A stretch of 24,676 nt of DNA from a virus (taxonomy: Duplodnaviria > Caudoviricetes). The position numbers and the translations under genes were made by a program. The notes under the pieces were generated by a model. The model was given only the letters and a program-made list of their open reading frames with translations, was not told the origin of the DNA and made no database searches. Position 1 is the stretch's first letter. Each line of letters opens with the position of its first letter. Location of the stretch: positions 1 to 24,676 of IMG/VR virus record IMGVR_UViG_3300032277_000073; one strand, given 5' to 3'. Below, piece by piece: positions 1 through 9,413 of this stretch.

Positions 1-2165
1 CTAGCTGTACCATCTACAAAATTACCAAGCATACTACCTTTAACATTAAATGAAATAGTACCTTGTTCTTGTTTTAGTGACGCAGCTATTTCTGGTGTTG
101 TGTAATATTCATATTGATTATTCTTAGCAAAATCTAATTGAGAACCTGTGCCAGATATAGGTGTATTGTATACATCTGTATCAAATATTACTTCATTACT
201 ATCTTTTGTTATTGTTACTTTAGATTCTACAGAAGGAACAACTTGCGTGTCGGGTAGGTTGTCTGATGCAGGAGATTTAGCAACTCTAAATATATATTTA
301 TTTTCTCCAAGCCTTAAAAGATTATCATAGAATCTAGAGTCTTCAGAAAACTTAGACATTTTTTGTGCAGAAATTAAAAAAGATTCATCTGCATTTTCTA
401 TTTCACCCATTAATTTTCTTATAGCTACAGGTATATCTTCTTTACCTTTAAAAATATTATTATTTAATTTTTGAACATTAGCTATATAATCTAGTCCTAC
501 ATTATCTCCTTTATCTAATATAGCGTTGACATCTAATTTAGCTTTTTGTCTTGCAAGATCAGGTAGCTCTCCTTCGTTCATGTATCTTTTAGCTATAAAA
601 TCTATAGCCTCATCTTTAACTTCATCAGAAGGTTTATAAATTGGATCTTCAAAAAGTCTAAATGATCTTCTAATATAAGATCCCATATTATCTTCTATTA
701 TAGTTTTTAAATCGCCATCTACCATAGATGATTTAGCTAATCTATCTGATAACTGATCTAAAAAATTTCTACCTTCTAAAACTTGAGAAGCTAATTCCTC
801 TGGAAGATCATAATTTTTAGCAATGTTTTCTATTTGATTTAAAAAACTATTAGAGGGGCTGTCTAGTTTTTCTGTAAAAGCTTTACTTACTCTTTTTAAA
901 ACATCAGGATCTTGATCGCTTAAATTATTTATTAGTTTATTTAAATTTCTAGAAATAACTTCTGCTTCATTAACTGTAGCTCTTTGTGCATATTTAGAAT
1001 CATTAAATGCATCAAAAGCTCTGGGTGTCCAGTAACCTCTAGAAGTAAATAAAGTATTAAATATTCTATTAAGACCACTGCCCTGTTGCATTTTTATTTG
1101 TGCTTCGCCTTCAGGAGTTTCACTATATCTTAAATTTGAATCTTCTTTTAAGTTCCTAATAGAAGAGGCTTCTTCTAATATATTATCACTTCTATCAGAA
1201 TAGTTTTCTTTCCACCCCTCATTACCTTTAACTACTTCCTTTTTTTCTTTAAAGAAAGTAACAAGTGCTGTGCCTTTATCTTCTTTTGTAAGTCTGTCTG
1301 GAGTTTTATTAAATTTATTTTTTATAAACTTTCTAAAACTATTAGCACCACCTATTACATCTACTAATGCACCAATTGTTGCGCCTTCGCCCATAAGCTT
1401 TAATCTTTTTAAAGATTCAGTATCATCTTGATCTGTTGCTAAGAATAAAAAGTTTTCCCATTCTTTAGCTGCTTCTTCACCTAATGCAGTTTCTACTACG
1501 TTACTTATACTTTGATCTGGATCGGTTAATCCTTGATCTACTATTATACCTGTAGCTGTACTTTTTAAAAAATTGTTACGCCACGTTTTAGAACTAGCTA
1601 ATAAATCAGGTAGGTTTTTAAAGACTTTAACGCCTCCAACTAAGTAAGTCCCAAACTCTGCTGCCATGCCTATACCAGTATCCATTGTATGAATGTTACC
1701 AGTTTCAGGATCGTACAAAGATCTAACATCTTCGTTTATAACTCTAGCGATTGGCTCGGCTGCTTTCTTTTTAACAAAAGAAGACATTTCAGGACTTTGC
1801 AATATTTCTTTTTGTTCACTACTTATAGCACCTACAGCTTCTCCAAGTTGAGTAACTCCATATTTTGTTAAATTAGCAAGGTCAGCTTTAGTGTCAGCAA
1901 ATATTCTACCTACATCTATTTTAACATTTCTTAAATAGTTAGGATCTTTTTCATAAGTCGGTCCTTTTAAACTAAGTGGTACTTCATCTACTTCTGTTTT
2001 AGAAACAACTACTGGAGCAGAACCGCTTTGATATTCATCTTTATTTTCATTAAGAGTATCAGGATACTTTTCTTGATATTTTTCCCATGCTTGAGCATCT
2101 GACACATCTTCAGGAACACCAGTATATGTTTTACCGTTAGGTAATTTTACTTCTCTAGTTGCCAT
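1..2165 (-). CDS. Large putative internal virion/ejection protein (N-terminal part; runs off the left edge)
   Basis: Not in the ORF track. ATG at 2165 preceded by AAGGA. My reading starts MATREVKLPNGKTYTGVPEDVSDAQAWEKYQEKYPD... and the same frame reads ...MLGNFVDGTA at the window edge (about 721 codons). It is last in a run of internal-protein genes, where podoviruses usually place their largest ejection protein. Function inferred from position. Confidence 0.75.
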   Translation of the reverse strand, partial: MATREVKLPNGKTYTGVPEDVSDAQAWEKYQEKYPDTLNENKDEYQSGSAPVVVSKTEVDEVPLSLKGPTYEKDPNYLRNVKIDVGRIFADTKADLANLTKYGVTQLGEAVGAISSEQKEILQSPEMSSFVKKKAAEPIARVINEDVRSLYDPETGNIHTMDTGIGMAAEFGTYLVGGVKVFKNLPDLLASSKTWRNNFLKSTATGIIVDQGLTDPDQSISNVVETALGEEAAKEWENFLFLATDQDDTESLKRLKLMGEGATIGALVDVIGGANSFRKFIKNKFNKTPDRLTKEDKGTALVTFFKEKKEVVKGNEGWKENYSDRSDNILEEASSIRNLKEDSNLRYSETPEGEAQIKMQQGSGLNRIFNTLFTSRGYWTPRAFDAFNDSKYAQRATVNEAEVISRNLNKLINNLSDQDPDVLKRVSKAFTEKLDSPSNSFLNQIENIAKNYDLPEELASQVLEGRNFLDQLSDRLAKSSMVDGDLKTIIEDNMGSYIRRSFRLFEDPIYKPSDEVKDEAIDFIAKRYMNEGELPDLARQKAKLDVNAILDKGDNVGLDYIANVQKLNNNIFKGKEDIPVAIRKLMGEIENADESFLISAQKMSKFSEDSRFYDNLLRLGENKYIFRVAKSPASDNLPDTQVVPSVESKVTITKDSNEVIFDTDVYNTPISGTGSQLDFAKNNQYEYYTTPEIAASLKQEQGTISFNVKGSMLGNFVDGTA

Positions 2166-2174
2166 TAGTTTTCC

Positions 2175-3563
2175 TTAATCATCCCAACCTACTGTATCAG
2201 AATTACTCATAAAAGATCTGACTGATCCTGAAAAAGCATTTTGCAATTTAAACATTTCTGCAAGATTTTCATTTAGTCTTGATACTGCTTCCGTTTTTTC
2301 ATTTGGATCATCACTCATAGTAGCTATTATAGCGTCAATTTCTACAAAGGTAGTACTTGCTCTAGCCCAGAAAGCGTTTATTGCAGATTCTTTTGCAGGA
2401 TCTTTTAAATTTTTATTTTCAACCATTTTATTTTTTAGCAAGTCTCCAAAAGCATTATACTCTGCTACACTTCTAAAATTTGTAAATTTAATGTTATTGT
2501 TACCTGCTTCTTTCATTAATGCACCATAAGCATCACGATTTAATTGTTGATTTGCCATGTCTAATAAATCTGGAAGTGCTTTAATTGTTGCTGCTACTCT
2601 CATTTCTGGAGTCTCGTTTGGATCTTCAAAAGTTGTAACTTCTTGTGGCCCAAATGTTACTTCTACTTCACCTGTGTTTCTATGTGTTTTAGTAGTCTTC
2701 TTTTGAAGAACTAATAAACCGTCTGTTCCTATATATTTAGTCATCTCTTGTTCTATAATAAACATTCTATCATCGTCTGTCTTAAAATCCTCGCCTCCTA
2801 AATCTTCTTCAGTAAGCCCTGACATATCATAAGCAGAAATTAAATTTCTTTCTTTATTAAATACATCTGCAAGAGTATTAAATTTATTATTGTTTTTATA
2901 TAGAGGACTGTTCATTAAATCTTGCATAGCTTTGTCTTCTAATTCTTCTCTGCTTCTACCACCAAATGCGCTTCTTGCTTTTTGAAATACAAGATCACCA
3001 AATCTTTTAGGGTTTACAGTGTTAGAAAGTTCTGAAAGCCTAGCTGCTCGTTCTTCTGCTGTGCCTGTTCCTTGTAAAGCATTATAAGCCTCATCAAATC
3101 TTGAGCCCCATAAAGAAGATAACTCTTGTAATTCTTTTTGTACTGAAGCTTTAAATGGACCTACTTCTCCTATAAGTTTATAAGAACCATCATTTCTTGA
3201 TTGTAATTCTGCTTCTGCTCTAGCTAAAAAAGAAGGATACTGTTGATTATAAATATACTCACTGGCAGTACCTCCTGTAGCGTCAATGGCTTTTTTAATT
3301 CGTAATACTTCTTCAGCATTTTTATTTGCTAATTCAAAAGTAGAAGAAGCAGCCATAGCATTAGGATCAGTAGCAAACATTTCTCTGTCTTTACTTAATG
3401 CACTTTCAGCTATAGCTCTTGTACCTGCATCTATAACAGGCGGTAAAAGCAACTCAGTCCAAGCTCTTCTTTTCTGAAAAGATTCTTGTCGGTTTCTAAA
3501 CCTGTCATCTCTTGCTCGTTTTTGAGAAAGTAAACTTGATCCTAATTCTGTTGCTTTGCTCAT
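2175..3563 (-). CDS. Putative internal virion protein (462 aa)
   Basis: Long, charged, helix-like ORF starting immediately after the stop of the upstream gene, with AGGA just upstream. Lies within the block of putative internal proteins. No recognisable catalytic motif. Confidence 0.6.
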   Translation of the reverse strand: MSKATELGSSLLSQKRARDDRFRNRQESFQKRRAWTELLLPPVIDAGTRAIAESALSKDREMFATDPNAMAASSTFELANKNAEEVLRIKKAIDATGGTASEYIYNQQYPSFLARAEAELQSRNDGSYKLIGEVGPFKASVQKELQELSSLWGSRFDEAYNALQGTGTAEERAARLSELSNTVNPKRFGDLVFQKARSAFGGRSREELEDKAMQDLMNSPLYKNNNKFNTLADVFNKERNLISAYDMSGLTEEDLGGEDFKTDDDRMFIIEQEMTKYIGTDGLLVLQKKTTKTHRNTGEVEVTFGPQEVTTFEDPNETPEMRVAATIKALPDLLDMANQQLNRDAYGALMKEAGNNNIKFTNFRSVAEYNAFGDLLKNKMVENKNLKDPAKESAINAFWARASTTFVEIDAIIATMSDDPNEKTEAVSRLNENLAEMFKLQNAFSGSVRSFMSNSDTVGWDD

Positions 3564-3564
3564 T

Positions 3565-4149
3565 TTAATTCCTTCCTAATAAACTATTATTATTAACATC
3601 AACATCTTGTTCAGGCTGTGCTAATAAACTAGACACTTCTATATCTTCTATTTTTTCTTGTATATCAACAGGCAGTACTCCTGATGGAATACTATTTTTC
3701 TTAGCAGCATTACTTAATTTTTCAAATTTATCTTTTTGCATTTCTACATTAAACATTTCAGGATTTTGATCTTCGTCTTCACCATCATAAATTACAGCAT
3801 CTATATCTGCTCTTTCAGCAAGTGCTAATAGCATATAGCATAATGGCTCTGCTAAGATCATCATTAAATCAGGATTCCATTTACCTTCTGTAAACCCTTG
3901 AAATAATAATACTTGAGTTATTTCCATTAAAGGCACACCATCATCCATCATACTTATTAGAGATGCATATGCTTCTTTTTGAGTTATTATCTCTAATAAA
4001 TATTTAAGACTCTTATCTAAGTCTACAAACTCTGGAGCTTTTTCCCACGGATAAGGGCTGTCAGGATCGTTAGTCAACCCTTGTCCGGGAATAGGTCTAT
4101 TTAAAGAAACTGTAGACTTAATAGGAGTGTCTGTTGGTTGCATCGCCAT
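3565..4149 (-). CDS. Conserved phage hypothetical / putative internal virion protein (194 aa)
   Basis: AAAGGA RBS. Motif RPIPGQGLT...PYPWE resembles a protein I recall from marine podovirus structural modules. Acidic C-terminus. Confidence 0.65.
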   Translation of the reverse strand: MAMQPTDTPIKSTVSLNRPIPGQGLTNDPDSPYPWEKAPEFVDLDKSLKYLLEIITQKEAYASLISMMDDGVPLMEITQVLLFQGFTEGKWNPDLMMILAEPLCYMLLALAERADIDAVIYDGEDEDQNPEMFNVEMQKDKFEKLSNAAKKNSIPSGVLPVDIQEKIEDIEVSSLLAQPEQDVDVNNNSLLGRN

Positions 4150-4161
4150 TATATAATTCCT

Positions 4162-5271
4162 TTATAAATTATAGTATGCTTTTAAATTAGCAGCATAAGT
4201 ATTAGAACCATCATATAGTCCTGTAGCTTGTTGTGGTCGCATAGCAGCTGTTAACATTTGGCTACCGCCTATGCCGTAATCTACTGCGCCTCCTGCTCCA
4301 GTAACTTGTACAGTTCCTGCATTTACAGCATAGCCATAATTAGGAGCTTCAGGAGGATCACCTGCTACGGCACTCATTAAACTTTGTGTAGCTATATTTG
4401 TTGCCCCACCAATAGCTACATCTTTTGCAAACCCACCTACTTTTGTATCAAAAAAACCGCTTACTTCTTCTACTTGAGGGGTAGGTATTTTTAAAGGAAT
4501 ATCTACAGTAGGAGGAGGTATTAGTTTTTCTCCAGTTAAAATATTTGTATCTTGACTTAATATAGAATTTACAGGTGTTTTTGCTTGAGCAATCGTAGAC
4601 TTATTAATTAAAGATGGTCCTTGTATAACATTAGAAATATTATCCATATCTAAATTTATAACTTGACCATCAATACTATTCCAATTAGATATTTGAGGAT
4701 TCATTCTTTGAATGTCTTCTATAGAATTATAAGAAGTTTCTGACAAACCTTTTAATGTTGTATTTGAACTTGCAGTTACACTAGATTTAAAAGGATCTAG
4801 AATTTGACTTGCATTGTTAGTTATATCAGTAGTTACTTTACCCCAAGCTTCTGAAAAAGTACTAGAACCTACATCTGCAAATCCAAGTTTAGTAGGGTCT
4901 AAACCTAGTTTATTTAAACCTGTTTTAGTAAATTCTTTTACAAAACTTCCTATGCCTTCTGTAATAGTTCCAAAAGCATTCTTACCTGCTGTAACAAATT
5001 TACCTGCTTTTCCTACTACAAACTGTGCGCCTTTAAGTATTGAAGAACCTATTGGCCCCATAGCAGTTAAAGCTTTAGCAGCTACACCGCCTATTCCTTT
5101 AAATAGAGAACCAAGCACTGCCCCTACAGGAAGAAACATTAAAGCTATCTGACCGACAATGCCAATTTTATTCATAAATTTGCCAACGCCTGTTACAACT
5201 TTCTTTATTCCCTTGCCAATTTTTTTAAAGACTTTTTTAACGCCTCTAAATACTTTACTAAAAAACCCCAT
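4162..5271 (-). CDS. Putative ejection/pilot protein with cationic amphipathic N-terminus and LysM-like segment (369 aa)
   Basis: N-terminus MGFFSKVFRGVKKVFKKIGKGIKKVVTGVGKF followed by a Gly/Ala-rich hydrophobic stretch. Residues ~164-207 match the LysM pattern. GGAG RBS. Confidence 0.65.
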   Translation of the reverse strand: MGFFSKVFRGVKKVFKKIGKGIKKVVTGVGKFMNKIGIVGQIALMFLPVGAVLGSLFKGIGGVAAKALTAMGPIGSSILKGAQFVVGKAGKFVTAGKNAFGTITEGIGSFVKEFTKTGLNKLGLDPTKLGFADVGSSTFSEAWGKVTTDITNNASQILDPFKSSVTASSNTTLKGLSETSYNSIEDIQRMNPQISNWNSIDGQVINLDMDNISNVIQGPSLINKSTIAQAKTPVNSILSQDTNILTGEKLIPPPTVDIPLKIPTPQVEEVSGFFDTKVGGFAKDVAIGGATNIATQSLMSAVAGDPPEAPNYGYAVNAGTVQVTGAGGAVDYGIGGSQMLTAAMRPQQATGLYDGSNTYAANLKAYYNL

Positions 5272-5280
5272 TATCTGCTC

Positions 5281-8200
5281 CTAAATTATTACTTTATTAT
5301 TAATAAGATCAAGAATTGGACTTATGCCATCTACACCTTTACCGCCTACATCATTAGAAATTGCTGTAGCATAAAGAGTAGTTGTTCTTTGTTCATCATT
5401 TTCGTATGCTTGTCTTAGATAGGCTGCTTCATCTCTAAGTTCTTGCCATATAAAATTCTGATCGGCTGCTGAGATTTGAAAAGCTTTAGCTGCATTTTCT
5501 TGATTCGTAGCATTAGTAGCTGCAGTATCAATAGTATTAGCTTGTCTACGCCATTGGATATTAGACTGCTCTATTGCTTGTGCATTAGCAGCATTCCATT
5601 GCTCACGTTGTAAATCATATTGCTCATTAAAAGTATCGACCTGTACTTTAATTTGATTATTAAATTTAGAAGCATCTATAGCATTACCTGCGTTTACTGC
5701 TGATGTTCTATTTGTTTCACTAGTATTAAATTGAGCCATAGCATTTGCTTGTGTAGAATTAAATTGTTCAATTTGTGAAGCTAGACTAGCATTAAATTGA
5801 TTTACTTGATTATCAGATGTTGCATTAAATTGTCTAGCTGCATTAGTAGACGCTTGATTAGATAACAAACGTTGTTGTTCTACTTGTGTATCAAGTATTA
5901 ATGCTTGTTGTTCATTACTTAAATTAGCCATATCTCTGCTTAAAAAATTCTGCGCTTGAGTAATAGCTAGTTTAGTATTTTGATCTGCTGTTGCTAAATC
6001 TAGACTAGCAAGAGCAGTTGCGTCTTGCATTACAGATTGTTGTCTAGCATTAAAATCTGTAAGAGTAGCAGTTTGCATAAACTTACTATTAGCTAACTCT
6101 ACTTGTTGAGCATCATTAAACTTTGTTAAGTCCATTCTAGCTACTGTTGAAGCATTTTCAACAGCACGTTGTTGATCAGCATTTAACAAAGCTACATTCA
6201 TTTGCTGTGCAATATTAGCAGATGTAATATTAGTCTGCATTCTAGCATTTAAATTTGCTAGTTCTGTTTGCTGTGCTGCAGATAGATTTTCACTACCTGT
6301 TTGATTCTGTGCAGTAAGATTAGCTAACCGTGTTTGTTGATCGTTAGAAAGATTAGCAAGTTCCATTTGTTGCGCGAACCCTGCATTCTTAGATAAGAAA
6401 TCAGCAGCTACTTGCATTTCTACAAGACGCTCTTGATTCTCAGCAGTCATGTTCTGTTGCTCAGTCTGATTCTTTATTTCTAAATTAGCTAATTCTATTT
6501 GCTGTGCATTACCTAAGTTTTGAGATTTAGATGCTGCTTCATTCTGAGCATTTAGTTCTGCAGTTCTTTGTTGGTTTTGTAGATTTTGAACTCTAATTTG
6601 TTGTTGCTGTGTAGCAGACAACGTATCTCTTTCTTGATTAAATTGACTTTGAAGAGTATTTAAATTCTGTGCAAACTGTGCTGACTGAGATGCTGCTGTC
6701 TGTTGGTTTGCTAAATTATTTATTTTTCTAGTAGCGTCTAATTGTGATCTTTGTAAATTAGCTTGTTGTTCATTAGAAAGATTTTGTGCTGCTCTAGTCT
6801 GTAAAGCTTGTGCATTGCTTTGCGCTATAGGTATAGCACTTTGAATAATAGCATTAAACAAAGCATCTCTACCTACTGTAGAAGCGTCTATTCCTCTTTG
6901 TGCCATGTTTTGATTAACAGCATCGTAAGCAGGTTTAGCCCATGTAGGTATAGCTCCAGACTCCATACCTGCTAAAAGTGTTTCCATCTGTGAAGATACT
7001 AAAGCTTCTGGAGGCAGTGCTGCTACTGCTGCTATTACTTCAGGAGCTTCTTTATCTATTTGTGCTTCTACTTTAGCAGGATCTTCTACTAGCGTCCTAG
7101 CTAGATTAGTAGGTATGTTAGCTACCTGTGCTGTAAATTGAACAGCTGCATCTTTAGCTGCAACACCTGTTACTTCTCTACGCTTGTAAGCAGTATAGTC
7201 TATAGTGTCTGTAATCTTAGCTGCATCACTACTAGCAGCTGTACCTGTGATAGCTTCTCTAGTTTGTTTCTCAGCTTCTTTACTTGGCGAAAGACTTACT
7301 TTATCTCTTGGGTCTACTTTTTGTATAAAAGAAGTATCAGATAAACCTACGTCTGTTGTTCTTTGACCTAACCCAGTTTTAAGCTGATCTGCACTAAACT
7401 GCGCTGCCTGTGTTCTTTCACTTAAATTAACTTCATCAACTGTAATAGGGGGTCTATTTCTATTTTGAGCATACTGAGGAGTATTTAAAAGATTAACTAA
7501 TGATGCAGTAAAGTTTTCAGGAGTTACAGTTCCTGCTTCAGCTGCTTTAGTAACTTGAGCTTTTGCTGCTATAAATTCTGCATCACCTACTCCTGTAGGA
7601 GGTTTTAAATCTTTAAACTCATCTAATTTTTGAATGGCTGTATTAGCAGTTATACCTGAATCCGTATTTAAAGTAGATGTTACTCTATCATCAAATAATA
7701 AATTAGGATCAACTCTTTCATAGTTAGATATAAATGATCCTGCTGCTCTTGTTCCATCTGCTTTAGTTGCAACATCAACACCACCCATTTGTTTTTGTTG
7801 CGCTCTATTTAATAACGTAGGTCTAGTAGCAGCTTGAACTCCTTGTGGAAAAGGATTAGGACCAGTAGGTGTAATACCTTGCGCTCTTTGATTCATTTGC
7901 GCTAACTCTGCTTCTACTTGAGCAGCTGTAGCTCCGAATTGTTCAGCAGCTTGTGCTGAAGTCATTGCTCCACTATTTATAGCATCTGCTACTTGTTGAG
8001 TTTCTTGAGGTGTATATCTACCATCAGCAGGAATAGCTGCTATAGCTGCAGGTATGGCAGGAGCATTTTGAGCATTAATAGCTGCTAAATTTTGATTAAC
8101 ATAATCCGTAGATACACCATATTCTTGTGCAAGATCAGCAGCTGTACGTGTTCCTGCATTAAGGTCAGCTACAGCTTGATCTACATCTGCTTGAGTAAAT

Positions 8201-8307
8201 TCTTTAGTAGGTACATTTGCAGTTGCATTTATACCGCCTAGCTGATAAGTAACCCTACCACCCTTACGATAGTCTGCTCTTTTTTTGTATGCTCTTTTCC
8301 TAGCCAT
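5281..8307 (-). CDS. Gln/Asn/Ala-rich coiled-coil internal virion (DNA ejection/pilot-like) protein (1008 aa)
   Basis: C-terminal half is dominated by Q/N/A with recurring QQxELANL-type motifs. Basic N-terminus. First gene of the putative internal-protein block. Confidence 0.7.
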   Translation of the reverse strand: MARKRAYKKRADYRKGGRVTYQLGGINATANVPTKEFTQADVDQAVADLNAGTRTAADLAQEYGVSTDYVNQNLAAINAQNAPAIPAAIAAIPADGRYTPQETQQVADAINSGAMTSAQAAEQFGATAAQVEAELAQMNQRAQGITPTGPNPFPQGVQAATRPTLLNRAQQKQMGGVDVATKADGTRAAGSFISNYERVDPNLLFDDRVTSTLNTDSGITANTAIQKLDEFKDLKPPTGVGDAEFIAAKAQVTKAAEAGTVTPENFTASLVNLLNTPQYAQNRNRPPITVDEVNLSERTQAAQFSADQLKTGLGQRTTDVGLSDTSFIQKVDPRDKVSLSPSKEAEKQTREAITGTAASSDAAKITDTIDYTAYKRREVTGVAAKDAAVQFTAQVANIPTNLARTLVEDPAKVEAQIDKEAPEVIAAVAALPPEALVSSQMETLLAGMESGAIPTWAKPAYDAVNQNMAQRGIDASTVGRDALFNAIIQSAIPIAQSNAQALQTRAAQNLSNEQQANLQRSQLDATRKINNLANQQTAASQSAQFAQNLNTLQSQFNQERDTLSATQQQQIRVQNLQNQQRTAELNAQNEAASKSQNLGNAQQIELANLEIKNQTEQQNMTAENQERLVEMQVAADFLSKNAGFAQQMELANLSNDQQTRLANLTAQNQTGSENLSAAQQTELANLNARMQTNITSANIAQQMNVALLNADQQRAVENASTVARMDLTKFNDAQQVELANSKFMQTATLTDFNARQQSVMQDATALASLDLATADQNTKLAITQAQNFLSRDMANLSNEQQALILDTQVEQQRLLSNQASTNAARQFNATSDNQVNQFNASLASQIEQFNSTQANAMAQFNTSETNRTSAVNAGNAIDASKFNNQIKVQVDTFNEQYDLQREQWNAANAQAIEQSNIQWRRQANTIDTAATNATNQENAAKAFQISAADQNFIWQELRDEAAYLRQAYENDEQRTTTLYATAISNDVGGKGVDGISPILDLINNKVII

Positions 8308-8309
8308 AA

Positions 8310-8717
8310 TTATTTCTCTCTTTGAACACCTTTAAGTTTTTCTACAGTTCGCATACCGCCTAACCCAAGCATACCTAAAAGCACTGGCATCATAGTTTGT
8401 AAATCAATTAAGGGTACAACTATATCTTTTTCAGCTAATGCTAATCCAAAGTTAGCAAAAGGAATAATAAGAAAATTACCTACCATTCCTAAACAACAAG
8501 CCCATCCAATACTGGGTCTCCATCCTGCTACAAATAAACTAGAATGGGCAGCTTCAGTTTTATTAATTTCTAGTTGGGCTGTTATAGTTTCTTGAGCATG
8601 ACGTTCACTCATAGTCGCTATCTCATGTGCCAACATAGCGCGTTGATCTTTATCTTCTACAAACTTGTCTAAGATAGTTGACACAGGGCCAATTAATTTA
8701 TCTACTAGTCCCATCAT
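8310..8717 (-). CDS. Holin-like protein, 3TM holin (GTA_holin_3TM-like) family
   Basis: Family-typical motifs EINKTEAAHSSLFVAGWRPSIGW and LLGMLGLGGMRTVEKLKG, hydrophobic segments, AAAGGA RBS. Confidence 0.85.
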   Translation of the reverse strand: MMGLVDKLIGPVSTILDKFVEDKDQRAMLAHEIATMSERHAQETITAQLEINKTEAAHSSLFVAGWRPSIGWACCLGMVGNFLIIPFANFGLALAEKDIVVPLIDLQTMMPVLLGMLGLGGMRTVEKLKGVQREK

Positions 8718-8730
8718 AATTTATATTCCT

Positions 8731-8886
8731 TTAAATTGCTATTGCTATAACAAGTACTATAGCAGTTGCAACCCCTGCATAAACTAAAACTCTATTATTT
8801 AAAGTAGAGCGTTCATCTAGTTTATTTTTAATACGTGTTAAAAAGTTTTGAAATCTTTCTAGCAATGCATTTAATGCAGTCAACAT
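8731..8886 (-). CDS. Small membrane protein (51 aa, C-terminal transmembrane helix)
   Basis: Below the ORF-track cutoff. Reads MLTALNALLERFQNFLTRIKNKLDERSTLNNRVLVYAGVATAIVLVIAIAI*. GGAG RBS, and it fills the gap between two holin-like genes. Confidence 0.75.
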   Translation of the reverse strand: MLTALNALLERFQNFLTRIKNKLDERSTLNNRVLVYAGVATAIVLVIAIAI

Positions 8887-8888
8887 AT

Positions 8889-9128
8889 TTATTCTCCCCA
8901 TCCCATGTAAATCCCAACTGCTAATGCAGTCAGTAATGCTGTAGTAATTGTTCTAGTTATTGTTTGGCCTACTGTAGTCTTGGTAATCTTCCAAGTCTCT
9001 AGTAAACTTCGTAACTCTTTAACGTCATCATAAGCTTCTTGGTCTGATAACCCTACTTCTCTTAGAGCTTGTTTAGCTCCTTCTTGGGCTGCTTTTTGTA
9101 TAACTAATTCTAATTCTACTTCAGTCAT
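8889..9128 (-). CDS. Small membrane protein, DUF6127-like (putative holin/lysis accessory)
   Basis: Motif AAQEGAKQALREVGL...DVKELRSLLETW followed by a C-terminal hydrophobic helix. ATG at 9128 preferred over the GTG at 9140 used by the ORF track. Confidence 0.7.
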   Translation of the reverse strand: MTEVELELVIQKAAQEGAKQALREVGLSDQEAYDDVKELRSLLETWKITKTTVGQTITRTITTALLTALAVGIYMGWGE

Positions 9129-9133
9129 AGTAA

Positions 9134-9412
9134 TTACCACTTTACCTTATCAGCCCAGTAAGCTGCACTCATCTTACCCTTTTTAATATTCTTGCTGTGT
9201 CGTGCTTTAAAACTCTTGCGCTTTGCTTTCATCTTAGCAGACTCACCTGCTTTAGGTTTACCTGCTGTGCTTGCTCCTTGTTCTCCAAAACGAATTATTT
9301 TTTCTTTGCCTTTAGCACAGGCTTTTACTACATGAGATTTTTTAGGGTGACTTGGAGTACGTTTAGGTTTGTTGCAAGCCATTTTCTTTTTACTAACAGG
9401 TTTTCTCGGCAC
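9134..9412 (-). CDS. Small highly basic conserved phage protein (92 aa)
   Basis: GTG start with GAGGA RBS. Lys/Arg-rich, with motif KIIRFG...RKSFKARH...SAAYWADKVKW that I recall from marine viral hypothetical proteins. Function unknown. Confidence 0.75.
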   Translation of the reverse strand: MPRKPVSKKKMACNKPKRTPSHPKKSHVVKACAKGKEKIIRFGEQGASTAGKPKAGESAKMKAKRKSFKARHSKNIKKGKMSAAYWADKVKW

Positions 9413-9413
9413 G

